The notes: generated from the letters alone by a model not told the origin. Shown: positions 1 through 9,550, counted from the first letter of the stretch. The stretch: 64,000 nt of DNA from a virus (IMGVR_UViG_3300012940_000022:24793-88792), one strand, 5' to 3'. Numbers and translations: made by a program.

Positions 1-132
1 CCGACCGACACCGATCTCACCCGCGCTCTGACCGCATTTCAGCGCGAGCTTGCCGGTGATGGCGATCTCTACTCCTGCCTGAAGGCGGCGATCGTGGCGG
101 CGAATACGCCATCTTCTACCGATACCGAGTAG
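1..132 (+). CDS. 3' end of hypothetical protein (partial)
   Basis: Frame 1 open from position 1 to TAG at 130-132 (PTDTDLTRALTAFQRELAG...). Confidence 0.45.
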   Translation, partial: PTDTDLTRALTAFQRELAGDGDLYSCLKAAIVAANTPSSTDTE

Positions 133-174
133 ACGCAGCTGCGATGGAATGACCGCCTCGCTTGGAGGAAAACG

Positions 175-645
175 ATGCTCGAGAAACCCTGGAGAACCAT
201 CGGATCGGTGAAATTTCGCGGCCTCATGGGTGACCAACGCGAATACGCCGTGACTACGAACGACGATGAGGTGGTCATCAGTTCCAAGACCGGGCAGTGG
301 CTCGACGGCACGGTCTGGTTGCCGCCCGGTGCCGCACTGGAGATGGCGGCATTGCTCAACCGTGCTGCGCATTCGCCCGCAGCGGTCGTCAGTACGCCAC
401 CTGAGCCGTCCATCGAGCCGGTGCCAACCGACCAACTACTCAAGGTTGAGATGCCGACCATTGTCCGCAGCATCGCGCTCACCCAATCGATCATGCGGAC
501 CGCGATCTCGGCCGGCGAAACCGCGATCGCCAATGTCTGCGACGAGTGGACCTCGCTGATGTTCTCGCTCATGGCGGCGAACGGTTTGCGAGAAGAGTAT
601 GAGCGGACGGCGAGGAATTACGCCGCCGATCAGGGAGGGGTATGA
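175..645 (+). CDS. Phage hypothetical protein
   Basis: GGAGG RBS before ATG; first of a tightly packed + strand run. Confidence 0.75.
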   Translation: MLEKPWRTIGSVKFRGLMGDQREYAVTTNDDEVVISSKTGQWLDGTVWLPPGAALEMAALLNRAAHSPAAVVSTPPEPSIEPVPTDQLLKVEMPTIVRSIALTQSIMRTAISAGETAIANVCDEWTSLMFSLMAANGLREEYERTARNYAADQGGV

Positions 646-648
646 GTC

Positions 649-1014
649 ATGAGCTATGACATCGGTCTTTATCCGCCGCAAGTCAATGACCCTAGCGAAG
701 AAATTATGAGTCCACTCCAAGTCGATGCGCACGAAGACGGCGGAACGTTCGTCGCTGGCGGTACGACCGATGCCTGGCTCAATGTCACCTACAACTACTC
801 AGAGTGCTACCGACTGTTCGAATTCAGCCTCACTGATCTCGACAGGAAGACCGCCAGTGAGACGGAGGAGCGACTCGCTGATTTGGTGGAGAAGCTGGGC
901 ACGGCAAGGTATCCAGACTACTGGGCGCCGACGCCGGGGAATGCGGGGCACGCGCTGTCGATCCTACTGGGATGGGCGCGGCAGCATCCGGATGGCGTGT
1001 GGTCGGTGAGTTAG
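649..1014 (+). CDS. Conserved phage hypothetical protein
   Basis: NVTYNY...DYWAPTPGNA...WARQHPDGVW pattern typical of a common phage family; RBS GGAGG. Confidence 0.8.
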   Translation: MSYDIGLYPPQVNDPSEEIMSPLQVDAHEDGGTFVAGGTTDAWLNVTYNYSECYRLFEFSLTDLDRKTASETEERLADLVEKLGTARYPDYWAPTPGNAGHALSILLGWARQHPDGVWSVS

Positions 1015-1042
1015 TCCGACAGATCGATGAAAGGAGTTCGAG

Positions 1043-1312
1043 ATGCTGCTCGATAACGCCGACGGGACCGTCTCGGTAAGACCGCGGCCGTCGCTTCAAC
1101 TTACGATGGTCCTCGCAAACGGCGATGAGATCGTCGCCGAAGGGGACAACTGGCGAACGAAGCAACGCCCGGATGGAACGATAGTGGCAAAGCTGCGGGC
1201 GACGACAACGACCTACTGCATCAATCACGAAGCATCGGACGCGCAAATACGCGCCCTGACTGAAACGCTGGCTCTGCATGGTGTCGCGGTCGAATACGCC
1301 TGGCGGTCATGA
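1043..1312 (+). CDS. Hypothetical protein
   Basis: AGGAG RBS; ATGA overlap with next ORF. Confidence 0.7.
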   Translation: MLLDNADGTVSVRPRPSLQLTMVLANGDEIVAEGDNWRTKQRPDGTIVAKLRATTTTYCINHEASDAQIRALTETLALHGVAVEYAWRS

Positions 1313-1617
1313 CTCGAGTAATGCGCAGAGTCCGCTGTTCACGGATCGCTGGCAATGCGGCAGCGTGTGAGTCGATCGACGGAACCTGGAACTGTGTCTT
1401 CCGCGACGCGGACTTCGCCGCCGTCGATATCTATCCGGCCGAGGGATTGGTGTTCGATCTGACGCTCGACTGTGAAACGTATGAACACGATGCCTTTTCG
1501 GTCGATGTTGGCGATGGGGATATTCGGACCTGGCCGGCGGGCACGGCGCGCCGCTACACGATCGTCGGCATCGAGAACGTTGCGTCGCCACCGATCGAAG
1601 AAGAAAGCGAGGCCTGA
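1309..1617 (+). CDS. Hypothetical protein, tandem paralog 1
   Basis: Shares RVRC-R, DFA-VD--P-EG--FDL and VG--NV--PP with next ORF. Confidence 0.8.
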   Translation: MTRVMRRVRCSRIAGNAAACESIDGTWNCVFRDADFAAVDIYPAEGLVFDLTLDCETYEHDAFSVDVGDGDIRTWPAGTARRYTIVGIENVASPPIEEESEA

Positions 1618-1621
1618 GGCC

Positions 1622-1909
1622 ATGACGGCGAATCGGCAGACCTATCGCGTCCGATGTACGCGAGTAACGAGCGACGGAGTGTTGTGCCACTCGCTTGATA
1701 CCGCACACGGCTTCTTCTATAGCCACGAGGACTTCGCAAAAGTGGATTTCCGACCGACTGAAGGCATGGAGTTTGATCTCAGCGTTGAGGAAGCCTGGGG
1801 AGAGGAGTCGATAACGGTGGGCCCGCTTAGGATGCCGATCGTCTCTGCCTATGTTGTCGGCGTCGCGAACGTCGAAATGCCGCCGACTGATCCGAGTGGA
1901 CGTCGCTGA
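1622..1909 (+). CDS. Hypothetical protein, tandem paralog 2
   Basis: ATG 1622 just after upstream stop; paralogous to 1309-1617. Confidence 0.8.
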   Translation: MTANRQTYRVRCTRVTSDGVLCHSLDTAHGFFYSHEDFAKVDFRPTEGMEFDLSVEEAWGEESITVGPLRMPIVSAYVVGVANVEMPPTDPSGRR

Positions 1910-1923
1910 CGGAGCAACCGCTA

Positions 1924-2187
1924 ATGGAACAGATGGCCGCCACAACCGAACATCCGAGGCACACCCAGCGACGGCACCTTTGCCCGTCCTGCGGCCGCGT
2001 GCTCGGCATCAACCGGCCATCGTCGAAGGGCGGCGTTTACCTCTCTGCAACCACCGATCTCATCGGACATCACCGGGACGCCCTGATCGATCCGGAGCTG
2101 TATACGCTGGAATGCCGATGCGGGACGACCTCCGAATGGCGAGGGGTCGAAGTCGTGATCGGCCGCGAGACGCGAAAGGTCGCATGA
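1924..2187 (+). CDS. Small zinc-ribbon protein (Com/Ogr-like size), possible late regulator
   Basis: CPSC...CRC motifs; last gene before the packaging operon promoter. Confidence 0.65.
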   Translation: MEQMAATTEHPRHTQRRHLCPSCGRVLGINRPSSKGGVYLSATTDLIGHHRDALIDPELYTLECRCGTTSEWRGVEVVIGRETRKVA

Positions 2188-2210
2188 CGGCGACAGCGTA
2201 CGTTTCGGCC

Positions 2211-2257
2211 TGGTAGAATCGACATAGCTGAAGAGTGGACGTGCGTTTTGACGTCGG
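2211..2257 (+). promoter_or_regulatory. Promoter (extended -10 TGG-TAGAAT) and conserved leader upstream of packaging operon
   Basis: TAGAAT 2214-2219; leader 2231-2257 matches 47733-47759 at 22/27 nt at the same distance from its -10. Confidence 0.65.
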
Positions 2258-2290
2258 TGTGTAGGACTTCCCTACTCCCGGCGTTTTTTT
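2251..2290 (+). terminator. Intrinsic terminator/attenuator before parB-terS-terL
   Basis: acgtcgg..gtagg-acttc-cctac..ccggcgt stem then T-tract. Confidence 0.75.
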
Positions 2291-2304
2291 GTTGTGGTGG
2301 CGAG

Positions 2305-2832
2305 ATGACGAATACCCAGGCTTGGCAGAATCGCATCGTGGGGTACGGCGAGGAGCCGCCAGAGCAACTGCTCGCAAATCCCAGGAATTTCCGCGTGCAT
2401 GAGCGGTTTCAACAGGACGCGCTCTCCGGCGTCCTGGAGAGTGTCGGCGTAGTGCAGAACGTCATCTGCAATCGCACCACCGGTCACCTCATCGACGGTC
2501 ACCTTCGCGTCACGCTCGCCATGCGGGCGAACCAACCATCGATCCCAGTCACCTACGTCGAGCTGTCTCCGGAAGAAGAGGCGCTCGTGCTTGCCACCTT
2601 CGACCCGATCACCGCACTCGCAGCCACCGATGAGGCACAGCTTCGCGATCTGCTTGCCGAAGTCGAAACCGAGGACGCGGCGATTCAGGCGCTCTTGAAT
2701 GACCTCGCCAACGACGCGGGTGTTGCCTCATCTGACGATGCCGAGGCGAAGCCGAAAGCGAAAAAGGAAGCGCCGGTGGTGTTGTGCCCCGAATGTGGGC
2801 ACGCGTTCGTGCCGGCCATGAATCGAGACTGA
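2305..2832 (+). CDS. ParB/Srx N-terminal domain protein with C-terminal CPECG
   Basis: ANPRNFRVH...GVVQNVICN...IDGHLRV ParB-N pattern; common location before terminase. Confidence 0.85.
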   Translation: MTNTQAWQNRIVGYGEEPPEQLLANPRNFRVHERFQQDALSGVLESVGVVQNVICNRTTGHLIDGHLRVTLAMRANQPSIPVTYVELSPEEEALVLATFDPITALAATDEAQLRDLLAEVETEDAAIQALLNDLANDAGVASSDDAEAKPKAKKEAPVVLCPECGHAFVPAMNRD

Positions 2833-2833
2833 T

Positions 2834-3271
2834 ATGACCAGACGCCGCGGTCGCCCGCCGAAATACGGGCCAGAGATCCATAAGCAGATTTGCGACTCGC
2901 TCGCGCTCGGCATGAGTCGGACGACCGCCGCTGAACTCGCGGGTATTGACCGGGGTACGCTCAACGAGTGGGCGGGAATGCCACCCGAATGGGACGGAAA
3001 ATACCCAGCATTTTCCAACGATGTCCGCCTGGCGATTGCGAAAGCCAAGCGCCGCGCCACCGTCACGATCACCAACGCGATCCAAAAGGGTGACGTGGCG
3101 GCCGCGTTCCGCTACCTCGCCCTGCAGGAACGCCACGAGTGGCAAGAGACGAAGCAAGTCGACATCCGCGTGCAGATTGAGGATGCGGCGAAGAAGGTCG
3201 CCGATGAGACAGGGCTCTCGATCGAGGAAGTGTTAGCGGAGGCTGAGGCGATCATGCGAGGTGTGGCATGA
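2834..3271 (+). CDS. Terminase small subunit (HTH)
   Basis: GRPPKY start, HTH (RTTAAELAGIDRGTLNEW), helical C-terminus, overlaps terL. Confidence 0.75.
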   Translation: MTRRRGRPPKYGPEIHKQICDSLALGMSRTTAAELAGIDRGTLNEWAGMPPEWDGKYPAFSNDVRLAIAKAKRRATVTITNAIQKGDVAAAFRYLALQERHEWQETKQVDIRVQIEDAAKKVADETGLSIEEVLAEAEAIMRGVA

Positions 3272-4827
3272 ACTCCTCGCCCGCAATGCTCAGCGCTATC
3301 GGCTTGGTCGCGGTACGCCATCGCCACCAGCAGCGGCGCCAGGCTGAGCTCGCCGCTGATCCGCTGGACTGGATCGCCGCGAACTTCAGCGGCTACCTCT
3401 GGCCGCCGTACGCGCCGTATCACACCGAGTACTGGCAGTGGCTCTGGGCGATCGAAGCAGATCATCCAGCCGCGCCGTACGTGATGGTCTGGCCGCGTGG
3501 GTTTGCCAAGAGCACGAGCGTGGAGGTCGGGTGCGCGGCGCTGGCTGCGCGCGGGACTCGCAATTACTGTCTCTACGTAAGCTCTACACAGAACCAAGCG
3601 GACGGTCACGTGGCCAGCGTGGCCGCCATGCTTGAGTCCGAGCAATTCGAGAAGAACTACCCGCGCGTTGCCCGACGGAAGTTGAGCAAATACGGACACT
3701 CACGGGGCTGGCGCCGGAACCGGCTCCGTACCGCGTCCGGATTCACAATCGACGCGATGGGGCTCGACACCGGAGCACGCGGAATAAAAGTGGAAACGAA
3801 TCGACCGGACTATATTCTGTTCGATGACGTCGATGAGTTGTTCGATGGCCCTGCCGCCGTCGCGAAGAAGATCGAAACCATCACGCAAACGATCTTGCCA
3901 GCCCGCGCCAAACACGCCGCCGTTCTCATAGCTCAGAACCTCATTCACGAAGACGGCGTTGTTGCACGGCTGGCGGATGGTCGCGCCGATTTCCTCGCCG
4001 ATCGCATCGTCTCGGGACCCCATCCCGCGATCGCGAACCTCGTCGTCGAAGAGGTCAACGGGAAGCAGACGATCGTCTCCGGCGTGCCGACGTGGGATGC
4101 GGTGACGATCCCTGAATTGCAGAAAGAACTTGACGACATCGGCTTGACTGCGTTCGTGCGCGAGAAGCAACACGAGGTCGGCAACATCGAGGGCGGCATC
4201 TTCGGGCATGTCCATTTCCGCCACTGCACCTGGGACGAGCTGCCGGCGATGGAGCGCATCGTCGTCGCGGTCGATCCGGCCGTGACCGACAAAGACGGCA
4301 GCGACGCGCACGGCATCCAGGCGGACGGCCTCGGGGTCGATGACGATGTCTACCGCCTCTACAGCTGGGAAAGCCGCACCTCGCCCAAGGATTCGATGCG
4401 GCGGGCCATCCTGAAGGCGGTCGAGCTCGGCGCCGATACGGTTGTCGTCGAGACCGATCAGGGCGGTGATACCTGGGAGATCGTCTACAACGACGTTTGG
4501 GATGAACTCGTTGCAGACCCGGACGTGCCGCAAATCACCGCGGACACGTTCAAGCCTGCGTACAAAGAAAACAAGGCTGGCAGCGTCGGATCGAAGGCGA
4601 TGCGCGCCAATCTCATGCTCGCCGACTATGACCGCGCCCAGTTCGTGCATGTTATCGGCACGCACCTCACGCTCGAAAAAGCGCTCAAGCGCTACCTGAA
4701 ACGCAAACCGTACGACTTAGTCGATGCGGGTTTCTGGTCATGGCGGGAGCTTCGGAATCCGGACGAGGAACCGGGGCTGCCGGTCTACACCGCGCGAGGA
4801 AAGGATGGTCGCAGTGTCCGAACATAG
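3268..4827 (+). CDS. terL: Terminase large subunit
   Basis: Walker A PRGFAKST, Walker B ILFDD, RNase H nuclease VAVDPA and DLVDA. Confidence 0.93.
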   Translation: MNSSPAMLSAIGLVAVRHRHQQRRQAELAADPLDWIAANFSGYLWPPYAPYHTEYWQWLWAIEADHPAAPYVMVWPRGFAKSTSVEVGCAALAARGTRNYCLYVSSTQNQADGHVASVAAMLESEQFEKNYPRVARRKLSKYGHSRGWRRNRLRTASGFTIDAMGLDTGARGIKVETNRPDYILFDDVDELFDGPAAVAKKIETITQTILPARAKHAAVLIAQNLIHEDGVVARLADGRADFLADRIVSGPHPAIANLVVEEVNGKQTIVSGVPTWDAVTIPELQKELDDIGLTAFVREKQHEVGNIEGGIFGHVHFRHCTWDELPAMERIVVAVDPAVTDKDGSDAHGIQADGLGVDDDVYRLYSWESRTSPKDSMRRAILKAVELGADTVVVETDQGGDTWEIVYNDVWDELVADPDVPQITADTFKPAYKENKAGSVGSKAMRANLMLADYDRAQFVHVIGTHLTLEKALKRYLKRKPYDLVDAGFWSWRELRNPDEEPGLPVYTARGKDGRSVRT

Positions 4828-5077
4828 CGAAGCCGTGCACGCGTTCGATGAGTTGCGATCAACCGGCTTGCTTTGGCTGATCAATACATCGGTGCTCCAC
4901 CCGCGCGGGTTTGCGCTCGCCCTTGTCTACAAGACGAATGAAACCGGAGAGCGGGAGCCGATCGGTTGGAAGCTCGTTGGCGACGGCACGGAAGCGTGGA
5001 CATTCGGTGACGACATTGATGAGCCTTTCGCGTTGGTGAGTGACCTGCTCAAACCACGTGGGGGCACGTCGTCATGA
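4805..5077 (+). CDS. Phage hypothetical protein (GLLWLIN...HPRGFALA)
   Basis: Recurrent small phage protein pattern; coupled to neighbours. Confidence 0.7.
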   Translation: MVAVSEHSEAVHAFDELRSTGLLWLINTSVLHPRGFALALVYKTNETGEREPIGWKLVGDGTEAWTFGDDIDEPFALVSDLLKPRGGTSS

Positions 5078-5706
5078 TCGAACAATATCTCCGCGCCTGG
5101 GATATCGCAGAGCGGGTCGCTCGGCAGATGGGATGGCCGCTGGGTGAGGTCCTGGGATATTGCGGGCCGCGATTCTACGACGCAGAACTCGATGTCTGCC
5201 GTCGAAACCGAATAAGTCACGAAGACCCGAGCGGAGCGCTGGAGGTATACGAAGAGCTTGCTCAACGCGGCGATCTGGTTTGGGCATTCTGGGAAAATCG
5301 CCCGCCCGGCGGATGGCTATCCGATGAGGATGCGGCACGGCGTTGCTGCATATTGGTGAGTGATCTCGTTATCGCCGGCCAAACTTCCATTCTTTTCGTT
5401 GATCATGGACTCGAAGTCCGACTGCTCATGCTTGACAGTGCGTCCTCTCCTCACATGTCGGCAGAGTTTGGCAAGCCGTCGCGCTATGACACCCAGCTTG
5501 CTGGATCATCACTGTGTATTTGGGCGACTCTCGAACGCTGCTGTGCGTATGCCTCCACGCGCGCGCTAGCCCGATCCATTGATGCCGTGACTGACGGCGC
5601 AATCTCCCACCTCTTCGCGGAGCAGTGCGTTGTCTCATCCGTTGAATGTGCTCGTGATCGCCTCTACAACCACTGGTTCGGCCGCGAAGGCGAGGTGCTG
5701 CCGTGA
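5074..5706 (+). CDS. Hypothetical protein
   Basis: 210-aa ORF with ATGA/GTGA overlaps on both ends. Confidence 0.7.
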   Translation: MIEQYLRAWDIAERVARQMGWPLGEVLGYCGPRFYDAELDVCRRNRISHEDPSGALEVYEELAQRGDLVWAFWENRPPGGWLSDEDAARRCCILVSDLVIAGQTSILFVDHGLEVRLLMLDSASSPHMSAEFGKPSRYDTQLAGSSLCIWATLERCCAYASTRALARSIDAVTDGAISHLFAEQCVVSSVECARDRLYNHWFGREGEVLP

Positions 5707-6050
5707 TGGACTCGCTCGGGCACTGGTGCTTTGCCTGCACGATATGGGATCTGGCTTGGCTGCTCGTGATGATCATTGTGTGCATCACCGCGGCTAGCTG
5801 GATCGGCATGCGCTTCGCGATGTCGCTCAATATCGTCGGTTGGTTCGCCTGGTATCTACTCAGTTATGGGCTAGGCTCGGCGATCCGTCACACCGCAATC
5901 ATCCTCGTCATCGGTTGGCTCCTCGGCTGGTTCCGCGATGACGACAACGATCGGACACGCCGGCGCCGAGCAAGACTCAAGGCGAAGGTCATCGGACAAT
6001 GGGACGCACTCCGCGCCCGCCTGTTTGGTGTCCCGGAGGTGTCGCCGTGA
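5703..6050 (+). CDS. Small multi-pass membrane protein
   Basis: About three hydrophobic segments then basic tail. Confidence 0.7.
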   Translation: MMDSLGHWCFACTIWDLAWLLVMIIVCITAASWIGMRFAMSLNIVGWFAWYLLSYGLGSAIRHTAIILVIGWLLGWFRDDDNDRTRRRRARLKAKVIGQWDALRARLFGVPEVSP

Positions 6051-6397
6051 ACGATGCCCTCGGCCCTCGCACCCGCCAGGTGCTCTATTTACGCGTTGCC
6101 GGCTACACCGGCCCGATGATCGCGGAAACCCTCGGCATGCCCCGGCGCACAGTCTACAAACACCTGCAGAAGCTCCGCCGCACCTTCCTCCCGGGCCTGA
6201 GCTCGACCGATGCACCGTCGAATGTCAATCGCGGCTTTCTCATGGCCTACGTCCTCGGGGCGCTTGATGCCGGCGCGACGATTCGGGAAATTCGCGAACA
6301 GCTCGACATCATGCAAGAGCGCGTCACGCAGGCGCCGGCGGCCATGCGGAGCAAGCAGCCGGACCTCGACGCGGAGCAGTGGCAGATTGGTGGGTGA
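6047..6397 (+). CDS. LuxR/sigma-70 region 4-type HTH protein
   Basis: GGAGG then GTG 6047; LGPRTRQVLYL...GPMIAETLGMPRRTVYKHLQKLRR. Confidence 0.8.
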   Translation: MNDALGPRTRQVLYLRVAGYTGPMIAETLGMPRRTVYKHLQKLRRTFLPGLSSTDAPSNVNRGFLMAYVLGALDAGATIREIREQLDIMQERVTQAPAAMRSKQPDLDAEQWQIGG

Positions 6398-6581
6398 GCC
6401 GCATATCCGGCAACGCCTCGGCTGGCTGCGCCCGCAATGCTGACTCCGGGCCGCTCGCCGATCGCTCAGAGCGACCTCAATGCATGCGCTTACACCACGT
6501 AACGAGCGCGTGCAGCGTATGCTTCCGACGTACGCGACGATCACCGTGATCGCCGAGGTGGGCGAATGCCAGGGAGCATAG

Positions 6582-6989
6582 GTGGAATCGCTGTCCGAAT
6601 CGAACCCCCCGCACATCGTTGTCATCAATGCTGAAGCGGAATTTCTCAAGGTGGTGCGGGTCCTGCTCGCCGACGAGGGCTTTGACGTCACGACGTTGCA
6701 TGTGGACGAGTCGCCGTTTGACGTCATCATCGAGGCGAGCCCGACCGTAATCGTGCTCGATTTCGTCTACGAGCGCCCCGAGGGATGGAATCTCCTTGCC
6801 CTGTTGGATGAGGACGAGCGCACACGAACGATTCCGCTCCTCGCGACATCCACGGACGCGCGCATAGTCGAACAGGTGATCGAACTTTCTTCGCATCGGA
6901 TCCGCAAGGCGCTGCTCGTCAAGCCAGCCGAGCTCGACGATCTGCTCATCGCCGTGCACGACCTCTGCGGACAGTTGTCTCCCCAGTAA
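6582..6989 (+). CDS. Stand-alone response regulator receiver domain
   Basis: IVVINAE, phospho-acceptor VLDF, TRTIP, ATST, VKP motifs. Confidence 0.88.
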   Translation: MESLSESNPPHIVVINAEAEFLKVVRVLLADEGFDVTTLHVDESPFDVIIEASPTVIVLDFVYERPEGWNLLALLDEDERTRTIPLLATSTDARIVEQVIELSSHRIRKALLVKPAELDDLLIAVHDLCGQLSPQ

Positions 6990-7052
6990 CGCGCGTGGTT
7001 TCGATCTTGCAGGATGGCGGCCGAACTCGCTTGTATTCGCGAGAGGACGAAG

Positions 7053-7280
7053 ATGTCGACGCCACCCAGCAGCTCCGTGACCACGCTCCTTCACGAAGCC
7101 CTTCGCGCGCTCACCGTGGCCAGTGCGCAGGTTCAGCTCGCGGATCGCTTGCTCAATGCTCCGAAGCATTCCGACGGTGATGTTCAACGGATCTCCGAAT
7201 ACGTGGACTCCGCAGGAGCGCGCATAAAGGAGACGGTTGCCATCCTCCGCAATCTCGAGTCGCGGCTTGCCGACCCGTGA
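7053..7280 (+). CDS. Stand-alone HisKA/DHp-like helical hairpin (no ATPase domain)
   Basis: LLHEALRALTVASAQVQL resembles the H-box HE-R-PLT; second helix follows; GAGAGG RBS. Confidence 0.6.
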   Translation: MSTPPSSSVTTLLHEALRALTVASAQVQLADRLLNAPKHSDGDVQRISEYVDSAGARIKETVAILRNLESRLADP

Positions 7281-7317
7281 CGGCTTGCGCGCCGCGCCCA
7301 TGCGACGATGACCCGGG

Positions 7318-7366
7318 AAAAGTGCCCCACGCCGTACCCGAGCGTGCCAGATTGCACCGGTAAACT
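7318..7366 (+). promoter_or_regulatory. Late-promoter motif and -10 before portal
   Basis: AAAAGTG-CCC-CACGCCG 7318-7334; TAAACT 7361-7366 (26-bp gap). Confidence 0.6.
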
Positions 7367-7414
7367 CCGAGCAACGACCGGCTGATGACGCCGGGTGACG
7401 CGGAGTGACGCAGG

Positions 7415-9166
7415 GTGGAGATGCTTGACGCGCGAACGGCAAGGCAGCGGAGCGTGCGCGAACTGACGGCCGCCGGCCGGACCGTGAGCCAGATCGCCGA
7501 TCAACTGCGTATCTCCCCTTCGACGGTTCGCCGCGATCTGACCGCGCGATCCACCGATCCGGAAGAACCGCTCCCCAAAGTCTCCAAACGGCAGAAGGTT
7601 GTTGCCGATTCCCCGTATCGCGGCTTCACCCCGACACCGTTCGTCGTACTGCAGCCGCCGACCGCCGATCAGCAAGCCTGGACTAAGCTCGATCTTTCCG
7701 GCGAAACGCTGCGCAATCTCGACCCGGCGAAGCTCTACGACATCCTGCGCACCGTCTCGCCCGATGTCTCGCGTGCCGTCTGGGATTACCTGCGCCTGCT
7801 CGATCCGGGGCATGAGATCACCGTCTTCCGGCCCGGCACCGAGAGGCCCTATCCGGAAGGGCAAGCCAAACTCAACGCGTTCACCGGCACGCTGAAGCAA
7901 CGTTACGGCAGTATGAAGGTCATCACCGGCCGGCTCTTCATGGGTGCGCTGACCCGCGGCGCGTTGTTTGCCGAGCTGGTACTCGATGACGCCGGGCGCA
8001 ATCCGGTCGACCTTGTCGTGCCCGATCCCCTCAGCGTCAGGTTTCGCCAGGCGGACGACCCGGAGCTCGGCACGCGCTGGGAAATGGTGCAATGGCAGGC
8101 GAAGGAGGGCTGGAAGAACATCGAGCGGGAGACCGTCGTCTACATCCCGATCGATCCAGCGCCGGCTTCCCCGTATGGCATTGCCCCGATCGCGCCGGCC
8201 GTCTTCCCGGCCCTGTTCTTGATCGGCCTGCTCGGGGACATCCGTCGCGTCATCGCCCAGCAGGGCTATCCCCGCACCGACCTCGAAATCCAGCTCGACG
8301 GCATTCTCAAGATGCTCGGGCCGAATCCGACGATGGACAAGATCAAGAAGGCCACCAGGGAAATCCTGAATGAGGTGATGGCGGAGTACGCCGGTTTGGA
8401 ACCGGATGACGCCTACGGCCACACCGATGCGGTCAAGGTCAACATGGCGCCGGGGGCGATTGATGCGTCGTCGCTGCGCGGGGTCGAGCCGGTGATTGCT
8501 GCGCTTGAGCGGATGCTGGTCAAGGCCTTGAAGACCATGCCGCTGATGATGGGGGCGACCGACAACACCAGCGAGGCGAATGCGAACCGGCAGTGGGAGA
8601 TTTACGCGGCCGGCATCAAATCGCTGCAACAACTCGCGGAGGCGTTGCTTGAACGGCTCTTTACGCTGGCGCTCCAGGTACAGGGAGTCGCTGCCACAGT
8701 CCGAGTGCGCTTTGCCGAACTCCGCGCGGCGGAGGAACTGAGAGACGAGTTGACACTCGCGCAGAAGCTGGGTAACGCCGAGAACATGGAACGGCTCGGC
8801 TTCGTCGATCACGACGAAGCGTCGCAGCATGCGGTTGGCCACAAAGCGACCGGCACGGTTTCGACCGCACCTTCTAAGGCAGAAGCGCCGGCAACCGGCA
8901 CACCGGCGGGCGAGACCCCGGAACCGCTGAATAACGCCGCATCTGCCAAGCGAGCCAAGAGCGCCGTCGAAAAGGTCGAGCCGGCCGATGCGGACGAGCC
9001 GCTTCCTCCCCTCCCCGATCCGGAAATCAGTGACGACGATATCGATCGGGCGCTCGATACCTGGGATACCGCCATTCCGGACTATGCCGGGCTTCTCGAC
9101 GCTGACGTCATCAACGACGATGAGGGAAGTGATAACGAACTCGACGCCGACGAGGACGGCGAATGA
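7415..9166 (+). CDS. Portal protein with N-terminal HTH
   Basis: Position after terL; SPYGIAPI, LMMGATDNTSEANANRQ and VRVRFAEL portal-like motifs; N-terminal TVSQIADQLRISPSTVRRDL. Confidence 0.85.
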   Translation: MEMLDARTARQRSVRELTAAGRTVSQIADQLRISPSTVRRDLTARSTDPEEPLPKVSKRQKVVADSPYRGFTPTPFVVLQPPTADQQAWTKLDLSGETLRNLDPAKLYDILRTVSPDVSRAVWDYLRLLDPGHEITVFRPGTERPYPEGQAKLNAFTGTLKQRYGSMKVITGRLFMGALTRGALFAELVLDDAGRNPVDLVVPDPLSVRFRQADDPELGTRWEMVQWQAKEGWKNIERETVVYIPIDPAPASPYGIAPIAPAVFPALFLIGLLGDIRRVIAQQGYPRTDLEIQLDGILKMLGPNPTMDKIKKATREILNEVMAEYAGLEPDDAYGHTDAVKVNMAPGAIDASSLRGVEPVIAALERMLVKALKTMPLMMGATDNTSEANANRQWEIYAAGIKSLQQLAEALLERLFTLALQVQGVAATVRVRFAELRAAEELRDELTLAQKLGNAENMERLGFVDHDEASQHAVGHKATGTVSTAPSKAEAPATGTPAGETPEPLNNAASAKRAKSAVEKVEPADADEPLPPLPDPEISDDDIDRALDTWDTAIPDYAGLLDADVINDDEGSDNELDADEDGE

Positions 9167-9328
9167 AGGCCTTGGCGGAATCGAAACATTCCGTCCCATC
9201 TCTCTGCGGCCGCAACACTGCCAATCACCATCGAGGGCAAACAGTGCGGCTGACTGCAATCATCACGAATGCCGATGCGCCGGGTGAGGCGAATAACTAC
9301 AGGTTCGGCGCGGCCCGTTTCTGTAGGA

Positions 9329-9377
9329 GGAAGTGGGTCAGTTTTGACCCAGTCGTCCAAAGATGGCTTCGTATCCT
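9329..9377 (+). promoter_or_regulatory. Late-promoter motif and -10 before SGNH gene pair
   Basis: GGAAGTG-GGT-CAGTTTT 9329-9345; TATCCT 9372-9377 (26-bp gap). Confidence 0.6.
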
Positions 9378-9550
9378 GTTTACAACGAAGAGTCGGTCCG
9401 CCTCGGCAGGAGCGCCGGCATGTCTGACACCCACAGTAAGAGTATTCACGGTATCAACGCCTGTGGATCGAGTGGGACACCTCTTCTCGCCAGCGGCGGC
9501 TGTTCGCGAACGTGGGGTTACCACAGACCGTAGAGGATGGTACAGCAGCA

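Noticed and set aside
7184-9259. Long antisense ORFs (691 aa here; also 19191-20777, 43466-44791 and others)
   Set aside because: Shadow frames of GC-rich genes with clear function on the opposite strand
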